Assembly (NCBI GenBank): GCA_964016885.1
Contig: OZ024741.1
Location: 164,920,001 to 164,984,000, forward strand
Source: Eledone cirrhosa
Lineage: Eukaryota
Direction: 5' to 3'
DNA length: 64,000 nt
Shown here: positions 25,238 through 41,557 of the stretch, in pieces
Numbering within the stretch: the first letter of the stretch is position 1
Layout: the number at the start of each line of letters is the position of its first letter
Program-made: the position numbers and the translations under genes
The notes under the pieces: model-generated
What the model was told of the DNA's origin: nothing
Database searches by the model: none
Seen by the model: only the letters and a program-made list of their open reading frames with translations

Positions 25238-26910
25238 TGTGGTATTATGAGAGGTTAATGAATGTGGAGAATGGGTGGGGAGAGGAGAGACTACCTCAGT
25301 CTGAACCAACAGAGAGGCCAACTATCGAAATTGACAGTTATAAGGCCAAAGAAGCAATCAAGGAGATGAAAAATGGTATTCAGGATGGGGCCATACCCAA
25401 TAACTGGTGTAGCAGTATACTCATTAATTACTACAAGAGAAAAGGTGATGTGCTAGATATGAGCAACAATAGGAGTATAAAATTAATGGACAAAATTATA
25501 AAAGTGACAGAAATAGTTTTAGCATAACTAGTTAAAGAAAGGGTCAAATTAGATGAAATGCAGTTTGGTTTTGTGCCTATAATGGGCATCACATATGTCT
25601 TCTTATGAGAACTCTGAAGTTCCTCGCTAAGTGTAAGCCACTATATCTAACTTTCACTGATCTGGGGAAAGCCTCTGACAGAGAACCAGCATATGTCACC
25701 TGATGGTCCCCTTCAGAAAACTAGGTATAGAAGAATGGCTTGTGAGACCAGTGCAAAACATGCATAGAAGATCTGTCAGTGAAGTGAAAGTAGGAAATAA
25801 GTTTATTGAAGAATTCAATGTCGAGGTAAGAGTTCATCAGAGTATGATCCTCAGTTCACTTCAGTTTATTATAGTTCACAAGACCATAACAAGATTTTAA
25901 GACATACTGTCCATGGGAGATTCTGTATACTGATGATCGGGTTATAGCTGAAGCTGTGGAAAAGCTAGAGAAGAAATTACAGTTGTAGAAAGAAAACTTA
26001 GAATCAAATGAGTTCAGAGAAATTTGGCAAAAACCAAAGTTTTACTAAGTTGGAAAGAAGACAGGACACATATCTCATCAAGGAAATAGCCTTGCTCAAT
26101 ATGTAGGAAAGGATTAGGTAGAAACTCTATATGATGTACACAATGTAAATGTTGTGTAAACAAGAAGTTTACTAGGATAGCAAGTAAAGTAAGAGAAAAG
26201 GTAGAATTTATAACTAGCAGATGTACAGTGATAGTTAATAGTAAGAATATCAGCAAAGTAAACTTTTTCCAATCCCATAAAGGTTTCATAGAAATAGTTG
26301 ACAGCTTGTTTTAAGAGCATATTAGCTAAAATGAGAATAGGATGGAAAATGTTCAGAGAGCTATTTCCTCTGTTGATAACAAAAGGTTTATATCTACAAA
26401 CGAAAGGCTGGCTCTATGATGTCTGTGTGATGTATAATATTGCATGGTACTGAAACATGAGCAGTAAATTTATTGAATATGTTAAGGCTGGAGAGAAATG
26501 AATCAAGCATGCTTCAATGGCTATGCAATATTAATGTACATGAATGATGAAGCATGGATATACTGAGAGGGAAACTGGGTTTAAGAGGAATCAGGTATAG
26601 TGTGCAAGCGAAAAGAATGTGCTGGTATGGACATGTGATGAATATGGATGATGATTGCTGGGTGAAAACATGCCAAGAAATCCCAGTGGAAGGAAACTGC
26701 AGTAGAGGAAAATGGAGGAAGAACTTGGTGGGGGGATGCTGTGCTGGAAAGGACCCATTGAACCCATACAAGATTAGAAAGGCAGACTTATGATGATATA
26801 AGTTAACAAATGTTAAAGTCTGTCACAAGCCTGGAAATTCAACAGGCCAGTGCTTGTCCCACTTTCATTGATGCTGATCCATTGTTGGGCTGGAAAAATG
26901 TAAAATAATG
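25238..26910 (+). pseudogene. Old, heavily decayed RTE LINE of the same family
   Basis: Remnants [63 protein letters not shown], with many stops and frameshifts. Confidence 0.85.
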
Positions 26911-27067
26911 TGTTTTGCTCAAGCACACAACACATTATATGCTATAAGAACATGTATATATACTTGCGTATAATATCAATATACACACTACACATGTTAG
27001 AAGAAAACCACCCGAAGGATGGGTTTTCTGCTAGTAGTAATAATAATTATGAAGACTTGATAAACAT

Positions 27068-27103
<36 letters not shown>

Positions 27104-27113
27104 ATATAGAAAT

Positions 27114-27166
27114 GGCTTCTACAGGACTAGAACTGTTTCGTTCGGAGGAAATCCTCAGGAAAGCCC
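27114..27166 (-). ncRNA. Type I hammerhead ribozyme fold with closed stem III
   Basis: GGCUUUC-CUGAGGA-UUUC CUCC GAAC-GAA-ACAG UUCUAGUC CUGU-A-GAAGCC. Decayed homolog at 42211-42262 (+). Confidence 0.62.
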
Positions 27167-27330
27167 TTTTACTAAATATATATACTCTGCTACGTATTGA
27201 GTACCTTACTTACTGCGGTTACCCCCGATTGAACCTGGGATAAACATATATACATATATATAAACCGTAGAGCAAATATTTATTATTAGTACAAGGTGAT
27301 TCTTTGCTTAAACTTTAATCTGTACTAATA

Positions 27331-27380
<50 letters not shown>

Positions 27381-27790
27381 AGTGAATTATAAATTGATAT
27401 CAGATCAGTTAATTATCCACTGTCCATTAATGCTCCAATCTCTATATTTCATATACAGATCATTATATTTGCTGCAAATGATTACAATCAGTTCAGATAA
27501 TTATGATGACATATCTCATTAAGAGTTAATTACAACTGCAACTATTAGTGCAATACTGGTAGCAAACAATAGTGCCAAGCTAATTACATATGTACACAAC
27601 ACACACATATGTGTATATATATCATTCCTGGCATGTGAATCATGATTTTTAGAAAAGATTATTCACAGTATTCCTAAAAGTGTTGGATTCAAGAAGAGTA
27701 GCTAGCTATAAAACATTGTCTTAAAACATCATACCCAAACCATCCCAGCATGGAGAATGGAGGTAAAAACGATGATGATGATGGCAAATA

Positions 27791-27832
<42 letters not shown>

Positions 27833-27835
<3 letters not shown>

Positions 27836-30006
27836 GAGGTATTCAAGATTGCGAGGCAGTGTGTCAGAGATAGTTGTGATGTCATTGGAGAGAAGTGTAT
27901 CCGGAATGATAAAGGTGAGCTTGCCCTCACAAGTGCTGAGAAGAAAGATGCATGGAAGAGTCATTATGATAGATTACTAAATGAGGAGAATGCATGGGAA
28001 GAAGAGACCCTACCCCACGTAGACCCTATAGAGGGACCAGCAGTACAAGTCAGCGGCAGCGTAGTAAGTAAGGCAATCAGAGATATGAAGATAGGGAAGG
28101 CAACCGGTCCATCGGGTATAGCTGCCGAGATGCTGAAGGCATCTGGGTCTGTAGGTCACACTATAACCACACGTATCGTTAACCAGGTAATACTAGAGGG
28201 GGCCATACCAAAAGATTGGTGCAGTAGCATCATTGTCAACTGCTACAAAGGTAAAGGCGATGCACTAGATAGAGGAAACTATAGAGGTATAAAGTTGATG
28301 GACCAGGTCATGAAAGTAACAGAAAGAGTTATAGCACAGCTGATTAGGGACCGGGTGAATATAGACGAGATGCAATTTGGGTTTGTACCAGGGAAAGGCA
28401 CCACTGATGCGCTCTTCCTTGTGAGGCAATTACAGGAAAAGTACCTAGCTAAAAGTAAGCCACTCTACTTGGCATTTGTCGACCTTGAGAAAGCCTTTGA
28501 CAGAGTTCCACGTGCAGTAATCTGGTGGGCTCTTAGAAAACTAGGAGTAGATGAATGGCTTGTGAAAGCGGTACAAGCCATGTATAGGGGAGCAGTCAGC
28601 AAAGTTAGGATTGGCAATGAGTATAGCGAGGAATTTAGCGTACAGGTTGGGGTCCACCAGGGCTCTGTTCTTAGCCCTCTCCTGTTCATCATAGTCCTGC
28701 AGGCAATAATGGAGGAGTTTAAGACCGGATGCCCATGGGAACTCCTGTATGCTGATGACCTCGCACTCATAGCTGAATCTATGGTAGAACTAGAGAATAA
28801 ATTCCAAACCTGGAAGCAGGGACTAGAGAGAAAGGGCCTCAAAGTCAACATGACAGAGACTAAGGTCCTTATAAGTAGACGAGAAAACAGAACCCAGATC
28901 CCCTCAGGGAAATGGCCTTGCTCAGTATGTAGGAAAGGTGTAGGTAGGAACTCCATTCTTTGCCCCAAATGCAAACAATGGGTACACAAGAGATGTAGCG
29001 GGATCTCAGGAAGCTTAATTAAGAATGTAGGATTCACATGCAGCAGCTGTGCTGAAACAGCAAGCAAACAGCCACAGGAAACAAGTACCACCAATCTCTG
29101 GGAGGGCCCTGTAGAAACAGTAGACAGCTTCTGCTACCTAGGTGACCGAATTAGCAACGGAGGTGGGTGCTCAGAAAGTACAATAACTAGGGTAAGAACG
29201 GGATGGAAGAAGTTTAGGGAACTACTACCACTGCTAGCTGCAAAAGGCTTCTCCCTCAGAATGAAAGGCAGACTGTATGATGCGTGTATCCGAACAGCGA
29301 TGTTGCATGGTAGTGAGACCTGGGCGCTGAAGGTGGAAGACTTACGTAGATTAGAGAGAAACGAAGCCTGCATGCTCTGATGGATGTGTAACAGTAATAT
29401 ACGTGAACGACAAAGCATAAATGAATTGAGAGAGAGACTGAGCATAAGAGGAATCAAATGCTGCGTGCAGGAGAGGCGGTTACGCTGGTATGGACATGTG
29501 ATGCGTATGAAGGATGACAGCTGCATAAAAAGGTGCAGAGCACTAGAAGTTGATGGAAACCGCGGAGTGGGGAGACCCAAGATGACTTGGGATGAGGTGA
29601 TAAAAGCCGACCTTACCCAACTACACCTCTCAAAGTCAATGACACACGACCGTGACTTCTGGCGTCACGCAGTAATACAGGGTACCCGACCTCCCATGGG
29701 TACATGCTGAAGCATATAAACAATATGCCCCCCCCCCCACCGCAAGGTGGTCGTGGAGGTGCCACGGCAAAAAAGCACCCAGCCCACACTGTAAGGTGGA
29801 CGTGTAGGCGCCACGAAAAAGCACCCAGCACTCACTGTAAATGAGGTTGGTGTTAGGAAGGGCATCCAGCTGTAGAAATCAAGCCAGATCAGTTCCTGTA
29901 TGAGCAAGGCATGGTCAGCCGACCAGACACTGCCCACAACAGGACAACCCGTCTAACCCATGCTAGCGTGGAAGAACGGACGTAAAACGGTGATGATGAT
30001 GATGAT
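27833..30006 (+). mobile_element. 5'-truncated RTE LINE copy of a related subfamily, with one in-frame stop
   Basis: The frame from 27833 (QEVFKIARQC...) runs through RT (LYADD) and the PHD finger to TGA at 29378-29380 (R to stop, consistent with CGA>TGA). It resumes in frame to 29710, followed by 3' UTR and (GAT)n. Flanked by TA repeats. Confidence 0.93.
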
Positions 30007-30196
30007 GATATACATATATAGGAACAAGTAAGACCCCGACGGCTTGAGCTCACCCGTCGGGGCCTTACTTGTTCCTATTACCCACTCTACTACTCTAAGT
30101 ATTGAGTACTTTGGTGCGTTATAGTCCACCTGGTTCCTTACCACATTTCCTTCGTTATATACATATATATATATATATATACATGGTGAAAGAACG

Positions 30197-30232
<36 letters not shown>

Positions 30233-30242
30233 TATATATATA

Positions 30243-30388
30243 CATGGTGGAAGAACGGGGGGAGAAGGGTACACTACATAGAGACCAAGAGTGAAGCTAG
30301 GCGACAAGTATACTTAGCTAGGAGGGAAGCAGAGGATAGAAAATTCAAGCATGTTTTGCAACGTGAGGACCAGAAATAGGAGGTGTTC
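30243..30388 (+). mobile_element. Isolated internal RTE fragment (endonuclease-RT linker)
   Basis: Translates [46 protein letters not shown], matching [32 protein letters not shown] of the long ORF. Confidence 0.85.
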
Positions 30389-30499
30389 TATTTGTACCCC
30401 TTCCACCGTTTTTGCTCCCTTTCCCCTCCCCCCTTTTTTTCTAAATGTCTCTCCTCCACTCCCCTACACACCCTCGGAACTCTCTTCCCACCCACCTTT

Positions 30500-30531
30500 C
30501 GCCTGAAGAAGGGCTTATGCCCGAAACGTCG
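30500..30531 (+). ncRNA. Minimal Penelope-type hammerhead motif
   Basis: CUGAAGA-A-GGGC UUAU GCCC-GAA-ACGU-C, with a weak stem I. Relatives at 42286-42321 (+) and 57744-57772 (-). Confidence 0.62.
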
Positions 30532-30630
30532 TTTCCCACCTCACCCACTCTCAAGAGCGTGAAACTAATAAACCTTTGTTCGTAATGCCTCTCTGTTTTG
30601 TTTCCATTCCATTTTTCACACTACATATAT

Positions 30631-34430
<3,800 letters not shown>

Positions 34431-34526
34431 GGTCTGTTGGAGATGCAGGATATGGCAGCAATAATGAGGGACAGAGACCGCTGGAGAGAACTCGTCCATG
34501 GATCTCGGGAATTTTACCCACCTTAG
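34431..34526 (+). mobile_element. Tiny 3' fragment of an RTE/RTE-X-type LINE embedded in (TA)n
   Basis: [26 protein letters not shown], carrying the M.DR..WR C-terminal motif. Confidence 0.6.
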
Positions 34527-35708
34527 ATATATATATATATATATATATATATATCATCATTATCACAGTTTAACATCCATTTTCCATGCTAGCATGGGTT
34601 AGATGAGTTGTCCTGTTGTGACGAAGGCTAGGTCAGGTGACCAGTTCTTGCTCATACAGAACTTCGCTTGGTTTCTATAGTTGCATGCCCTTCCTAATGT
34701 CAACCACATTTACAGTGAGTGCTAGGTGCTTTTTACTGTGACACGGCTACCAAACAGTGTGGTCTGGATGCTTCTTGTCGTTACACCGACATGACCACTT
34801 ATATATAGGTTTAACTTACAATTTCATAATAATAATTTCATAACAGCTACTTATTTTTTTTACAAGGCTGAGGTTAACTTTGCCCTTCATCCTTACAGGG
34901 TCGATAAAATAAAGTACCAGTAATGCACTTGGATAATTGCTGGCCTTGTGCCAAAAGTAGAAACAATTATTTATTGTATATTTAGTGTAAGCATTTGATG
35001 CTGAAACTTCCTCCCCACCACATATATATAATTTATTATTAGCAAATTACAATACTGTCTCAACTAGCTTAGAAAAAAAGAGAAAGAAAGAAGAAAAAGA
35101 AAGGGGAGGGAGGGGGGTGATTGGGCTTTCGGCCTAGGGCAAAAGGGCAGAAGTCCTGTGCCCCACTGGCAAGACGGTAAAAGCATTTCCCCGAACGATC
35201 GCCAGTGACACCCCTGATATTGAAGAATTATTGAACTGACTTTGTTTTGAATTTGTTTTGATTTTGTTTTTTTAATAAATAAATAGAGGAACTTATTCCA
35301 CTTTCAAATGTTCTTCCCTTACCAGAGAAAGTAGATCTCGGGAGAGACATCATATGTAGTTCATTTTCTGTTAAATAATTGTTTCTACTTTTGGCACAAG
35401 GCCAGCAATTACCCCAGTGCATTACTGGTACTTTATTTTATCGGCCTCGTACGGATGAAAGCAAAGTTAACCTCAGCGGGATTTGAACTCAGAACATAAA
35501 GGGCCATAACTCTATGCTGTAAAGCATGGTCTCTGACGCTCTATCGATACTGCCAATATAGTGTTTGTGACTTTTCTAAAATCATCAGAACTGAAACCTA
35601 TATTTCATAGACAATCTACCTTAATTCTAACTCCATTGTTAACCTTTTCATGAGCATATTTCTTATAAAAGACATTGTATATGATTTTGTAAATAATCAA
35701 CAATTTAA

Positions 35709-35920
35709 CCCTTTAGCATATCCAACCGTATTCAGCCAGAATTCTCTCACCTCTTTCTGTTCAAACCAGCTGTATTTGGCCACTCATACTTATGTTAAGG
35801 TATTGTTCTCAAAATAAATAACATCAAAATCTCATAGATTATGTGAGATAATTATGTAAAATAAAGCCTTTACCAAACAAAATAAAATAGTATATATAGA
35901 GTAATGTAAATGCTAAAGAG
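35709..35920. mobile_element. piggyBac-like MITE
   Basis: TTAA|CCCTTTAGCAT ... ATGCTAAAGAG|TTAA. Confidence 0.85.
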
Positions 35921-37247
35921 TTAAAGAGATTTAGTAATATAACTGTCTGATTAAGCTGATGTTTGGAACATAAATCAACAAAGGTTGTTACAAAAAATTA
36001 TGATAGAAGTGCTTTAAATAAATAAACAGCTTTGTATTTTAGAAGCAGAGGCAGTTTGAGATAGTTTGGTAGCAAAAATTGTTTTAGAGAAGGAATTTAT
36101 TTATATAAAAAGAAAAAAAAAAAAAATTTATATTAAATTTTATGCACCTTATCTCGTGGAACCATAGAAATTTCTGCAGAACTTTGGGTTACTTGGTGCC
36201 AATAGATTGTTCACAGTGGTATTGAAACACAGTGTATATTAACATATCTGCAGCAATAGCACATTAATTTGGTGCAAGAAATAAAGTAATTAACTCTTTT
36301 GTTATCATGTTTCTAAAGAAACGCACTGCCTGTATTTTTCAAATAATCAGGAAATAAGTGCAGGCATGGCTGAATGGTTAAGAAGTTCATTTTGCAACCA
36401 GATGGTTTTGGGTTCAGTCCCACTGCAGAGCCCTTTGGGTAAGTGTCTTTTACCATAGCCTCAGGATGATCACTACCTAGTAAGTGAAATTTGGAAGATA
36501 AAATCTGATGAAGCCTCTCATGTGTATATACGTATGTTTGTGGTATGTGTTTCCATGTCTGTGTTTACATTTGTCTGTCTGTATAACTCCTGTAACTTAG
36601 CAGTTTCACAAAAAATAAGATTGATAAAAATTAAATGTATCAGACTTGAAAAAATAAATACTGGAAGTTAATAAAATTGACTAAATCAAGGCAATGCCCC
36701 AGAATGGCCACAGTCTACTGACTGAAACAAGTAAGAATAAAAAATAAACTGAAGGGATTTAAGAATACAGTTAACATTGCCATTACTAAGCTAGAGTTAG
36801 GAACATAAAGATTCTTACATAAAATTATGATCGATGTCTTTTTGATAAATAAAACACTTAAACAGTTTAATATCATAGAACCAAGTGTGGTTTCAGATGG
36901 TTTGTTATTAAACAGGCTGAACTAAGAAATAAAATAAAATACAGCATGATAACTGTTCAATATAATAAATGGTAGAGAAATTTATTCAATGTTAATAGAA
37001 TCAGGAAAAGACTCTAGCAGAACCAACAGCATATTTCTGTGGCTGTTCCAGTAAACTGTTGCTAATTAGACCAACACTAAAGCAGTTGTGTCTGCTAGTT
37101 CTATCTAATCAATAGAGTTTGTTTATCTCACTCCATTGCCTATTTTGCTCACTGCCAAAATTATAGGATCTTTGTTCACACTAAATAGAAACTGATATTT
37201 TTGTTTATCATATGCAAGCATGTCGCACACACACTCACATGAACTGC

Positions 37248-37278
<31 letters not shown>

Positions 37279-39564
37279 ACAATTTTGAAGAATTAGAAGT
37301 TTAATTCAATTTTTTCATTGCAGGTTTTGAGAGGGGGTAGAGATTTTAGTTGGAGATTTTAAATTGATAAATGGGAGATATTTTCCTAAAACAAAAACCT
37401 GTGGAGCCAAAAGTATTGAAAAATAAATATAATAAATTGATATTGAATTAATAGTGGTTAATCCTTTGACTATAGTGGGTCAATGAAGACTACTACAGTA
37501 GAATAAAGCATTGTGTAATAAATCAAGGAAGTAACAGACCATAATGGTTCTCCATTGCTTTACTACATTCAGCAAGGAGGGAAGGGTCTATGACTTGGTA
37601 TTGGAGGATAATAAAACATATATCAATTTTATATTGCTTTGACTGTCTTACAGACATGAACTATGCTACTTTGCACCCATCTCCTTAGATAAGGGTCCAA
37701 TCAAATCATAGCTTAATATAATGCAGTGTGGTGTCTTGGAGTATTTCCAATATTTCCATGCTTTAGGGTGGTAGATTGGCAGTATCAGTAGAGTGTTGGA
37801 CAACATGCTATATGTCATAGGGTTACAAACCTTTATGATCTGAGTTCAAATCCTGCCGAGGTTAGCTTTGCCTTTCATCCTTACAGGGTCAATAAAATAA
37901 AGTACCAGTAACGCACTGGGGTCAATTTAATCGAATCCCCCCCCCCCCCCCCCAAAAAAAAATTGTTGGCATTGTGGCTAAATCAGAAACCAATATTTCC
38001 ATGTTTCTACTGAATGGTATTCTATTTTTAAAGGCCACAACATATTTTTAATATTTCAATAAAGATGGATTGAGAGAGTAGTTAGAGTGTCAGACAATAT
38101 GCTTTGTGGCATGTAGTTATGGTCGTTTGCACCCTGGGTTCAAATCTCGGCGATGTTATCCAGTTAGCCTGTCATCCTTATGGGGTTGATAAAATAAAGT
38201 ACCTGTAACACACTGGGGCCGATTTAGTTGACTTCCCCCTTCACTTTAAATTGCTGGCCTTGCACCAGAAGTAGAAAGAAATATTTTAATAAAGGGTTAT
38301 GGAATGGCAGAATTGGAAGAGTATGAAATAAAATGTGGTATTTGTTCTGGTTCTTTACACTCAGAGTTCAAATCCTGCCAATCTCAACATTGTCTTTCAT
38401 CCTCCCCGAGTCAAGAAAATAAAGTACTAGTCACGTACTGGGGTCGATTTAATCAACTTTACTCTTCCCTTAAATTTGCTGGCCTTGTGCATGAATTATA
38501 AATCAATATTTTAATATTGCTATAAAAATGTTTTGGCCTGGTGTCTCCCATCCCTTAGAAATCTATTCCTTTTACAGATAGAAATGTTGACAACTGGAAC
38601 TACAAACTTTGGAGAAAGAGAATGCAAGCAATAATTGTTTCTACTTTAGGCACAAGGCCAGCAATTACCCAGTGCATTACTGGTACTTTATTTTATCGAC
38701 CCCGCAAGGATGAAAGGCAAAGTCAACCTCGGCGGGATTTGAACTCAAATGCAAGCAATAATACATAGACTTCGGAACAAGGGGCGTGATCCAAATATAT
38801 TGAAAACTTTTAATATACATAGCAAAAACAAAAATAGCTAAAATTCAACAAAAAAAAATGAACAAGAAAATCCACATCCTTAGTTGATCAACATTACTCA
38901 GCTCTACCACAGACAAGATGGAAGAAATGTCAAGAAAAACAGTTAGTGATATCTGCTGCATCAGCCATTCATTAGGCTAAATGCCTTCATCCTGATTTGG
39001 TGGAGGAGAGTGCCCCCCCCCCCCATTAAATCTGGCTCTGGGCACAATATTAAGAGAAAAAAATCTACAAAAATAAGCAAGTAAGAGCAACAGGTAGACA
39101 TATTGGGTCAAAATATATAATGCAGCTCTTCTAATATATTCCAGCAAATTCTATAAAATAAGAGCTTAGATTATCAGGAACCAATATTGCACTAAAGGAA
39201 CATGCTTCAATTCTTACTACAAAGCTATTTCTCTTCCGTTCTGCCATTCATATCTTCTGGCATTTCCTGTATGCTACCCCAGCCCACAGTATATTGTTTT
39301 ATGTTGAAAAGAAAAGAAAGTAAATTTTAACTTTTAATATCCTGTACCACATGAAATCACATTAGAAAGACATTCTTGAAAATTACAAAACAGTACTGAC
39401 TGCATCACATTAGATATTAAAGACTTTAATACTGAAAATTTTCACAACAATTTGTCCAATAGTAAAAATACTAAAATATTTGAATTAACAAACACATTGT
39501 TAAATATTTTCTGCTAAATCATTACAGGATATTAAAAGATAAATCAGCATTCAATAATCAGAAG

Positions 39565-40052
39565 AATGGAGGTGGGCGTAAAACCCAAACTCGCTATCTT
39601 CAATTCGGTATTCGTGCCAACCCTTACCTATGGTTATGAATCTTGGGTAATGACCAAAAGAATACGATTGGCTGAAATAGAGTTCCTCCAAAGGGTCTTT
39701 TTGGAGTAACATTACTCAATAGAGTGTGTAGCTCAAAGATAAGAGAGTCACTCCAGGTAGAACCACTACTTCTCCAAATTGAGAGATCACAGCTCCATTA
39801 CTATAGGCATGTGGTTAGAATGTCTCAAGAAAGAATTGCTGGACAGATATTACAGGCAAAACCGACCAGCAGGAGACCCAGGGGTAGACCCCTGAGCAAG
39901 AGAGTTGGATAATATCCATAAGCTTGGCTGGTTTCACTTGGGGATCCAGCTGAATCAGTTGGAGACGGTTGCTTCTGACAGGAGCCACTGAAAGGAGTGT
40001 TTAAGGACTCTGCCCCCATGACCCTCTCAAGAATAAGTGGGGGAAGAAGAAG
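39565..40052 (+). mobile_element. Decayed 3' part of an Expander/Rex3-like RTE LINE
   Basis: KLAIFNSVFVPTLTYGYESWVMT, IRESLQVEPLLLQIERSQL..HVVRM, RRPRGRP. Ends CCCCCATGACCC...ATAAGTGG(GAA)n. Confidence 0.8.
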
Positions 40053-40766
40053 AAATCAATTTTTCCATAATGATGATGATGTGTTGATGATGATTACATC
40101 AATGAGAGTGATGCTGCATTCATCAATTGGAAACAATTACACCCCACCTCACATCACCCACATCTACACCTCTCCAGTTTTATTTTGTTTCACAGGTGGA
40201 ATCAGGATGTTGTGATGTGCATGCCTTTTCCAATTACACTATAAATTTAAGAAGAGAAGTGAGACTGAAATAATTCCATACAAGAGCTAAAACTGAGTCA
40301 CAGACCTCCCCACCAACCAACACACACACTATTTATCAGTTAATTGTTTTACATACATTTGATTAAAATTCAGAACATTTCTTAAAATACAGGTAATTAT
40401 TGTTTGTTTTTTGCTTTTTTTTTCCCATCCTGCTCTTAATTTTTTCCTTCTTTAAGGTAAATACTTAAAAAAAAGCAAAAAAAAAGCAAAAGTTCTCATC
40501 TTGTAATGGAAATAAAAGTAATTTGTAAATAAAAGCAGAATTTTACCTTCTGTTTCTCATTTTATTTCAATTGTCATTCACTTTTTCATTAAATACTTAC
40601 CTAAAAGAAAATGAGAAAAGCAATGATATAAATATATATAAATATTTCATGTATAATACATATAAACACACACACATATATAAGTATATGTACATTTGGA
40701 TGCATGCAAAAACACATTGAATATTTTTTCACTAATTTGCTTTTCATCCCACTGTGATCCCATAAC

Positions 40767-40916
<150 letters not shown>

Positions 40917-41488
40917 ATATATAAAATGTGTGTACACATGAACATGCATGCATACATGCATTTTTTTTTCAAATTGGGTTCAACTAGTTTAAATTTGTTA
41001 TACACATACATGAATACATACATCGTTTAACGTCCATGTTCCACGCTTACATATATAAATAAATAGATAACTGAAAATATTTCAGCAGAGTTAACATATG
41101 TATTTCTTAAATAAATACAAAAATAGTTAAAAAAAGAAACTCAAATGAGAAAATAGAATGAACAGAGATACACAAAGTGTGTATTTATTAATGTCTGTTT
41201 TTCCATGTTGGACTGGTTTTATGGCAAGATTTCTTTCCTGAGCTCTTTCAACATGCAAGGATAATTTCAATAAATTGAAATTTAATGAAAAAATTAACTC
41301 TCATAGTTAAATAAAAAAAATTGACTTTTGTGAGCAGGTATTGTGACAACAACAGATATGTTTAGGTGCTATTAGACCTCATCAGCAAAGCACAGAAAAT
41401 ATTGGCCTGTATGTTTTGATGTATAGAAAAAAAGGGATATGAATAATCATTTTTGGCAGCATGTGTACACACACACACACACATATTT

Positions 41489-41557
<69 letters not shown>

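Noticed and set aside
41355-41390. Hammerhead-like CUGAUGA-GGU/ACC-UAAAC on the minus strand
   Set aside because: G12 is altered and there is no stem I pairing.
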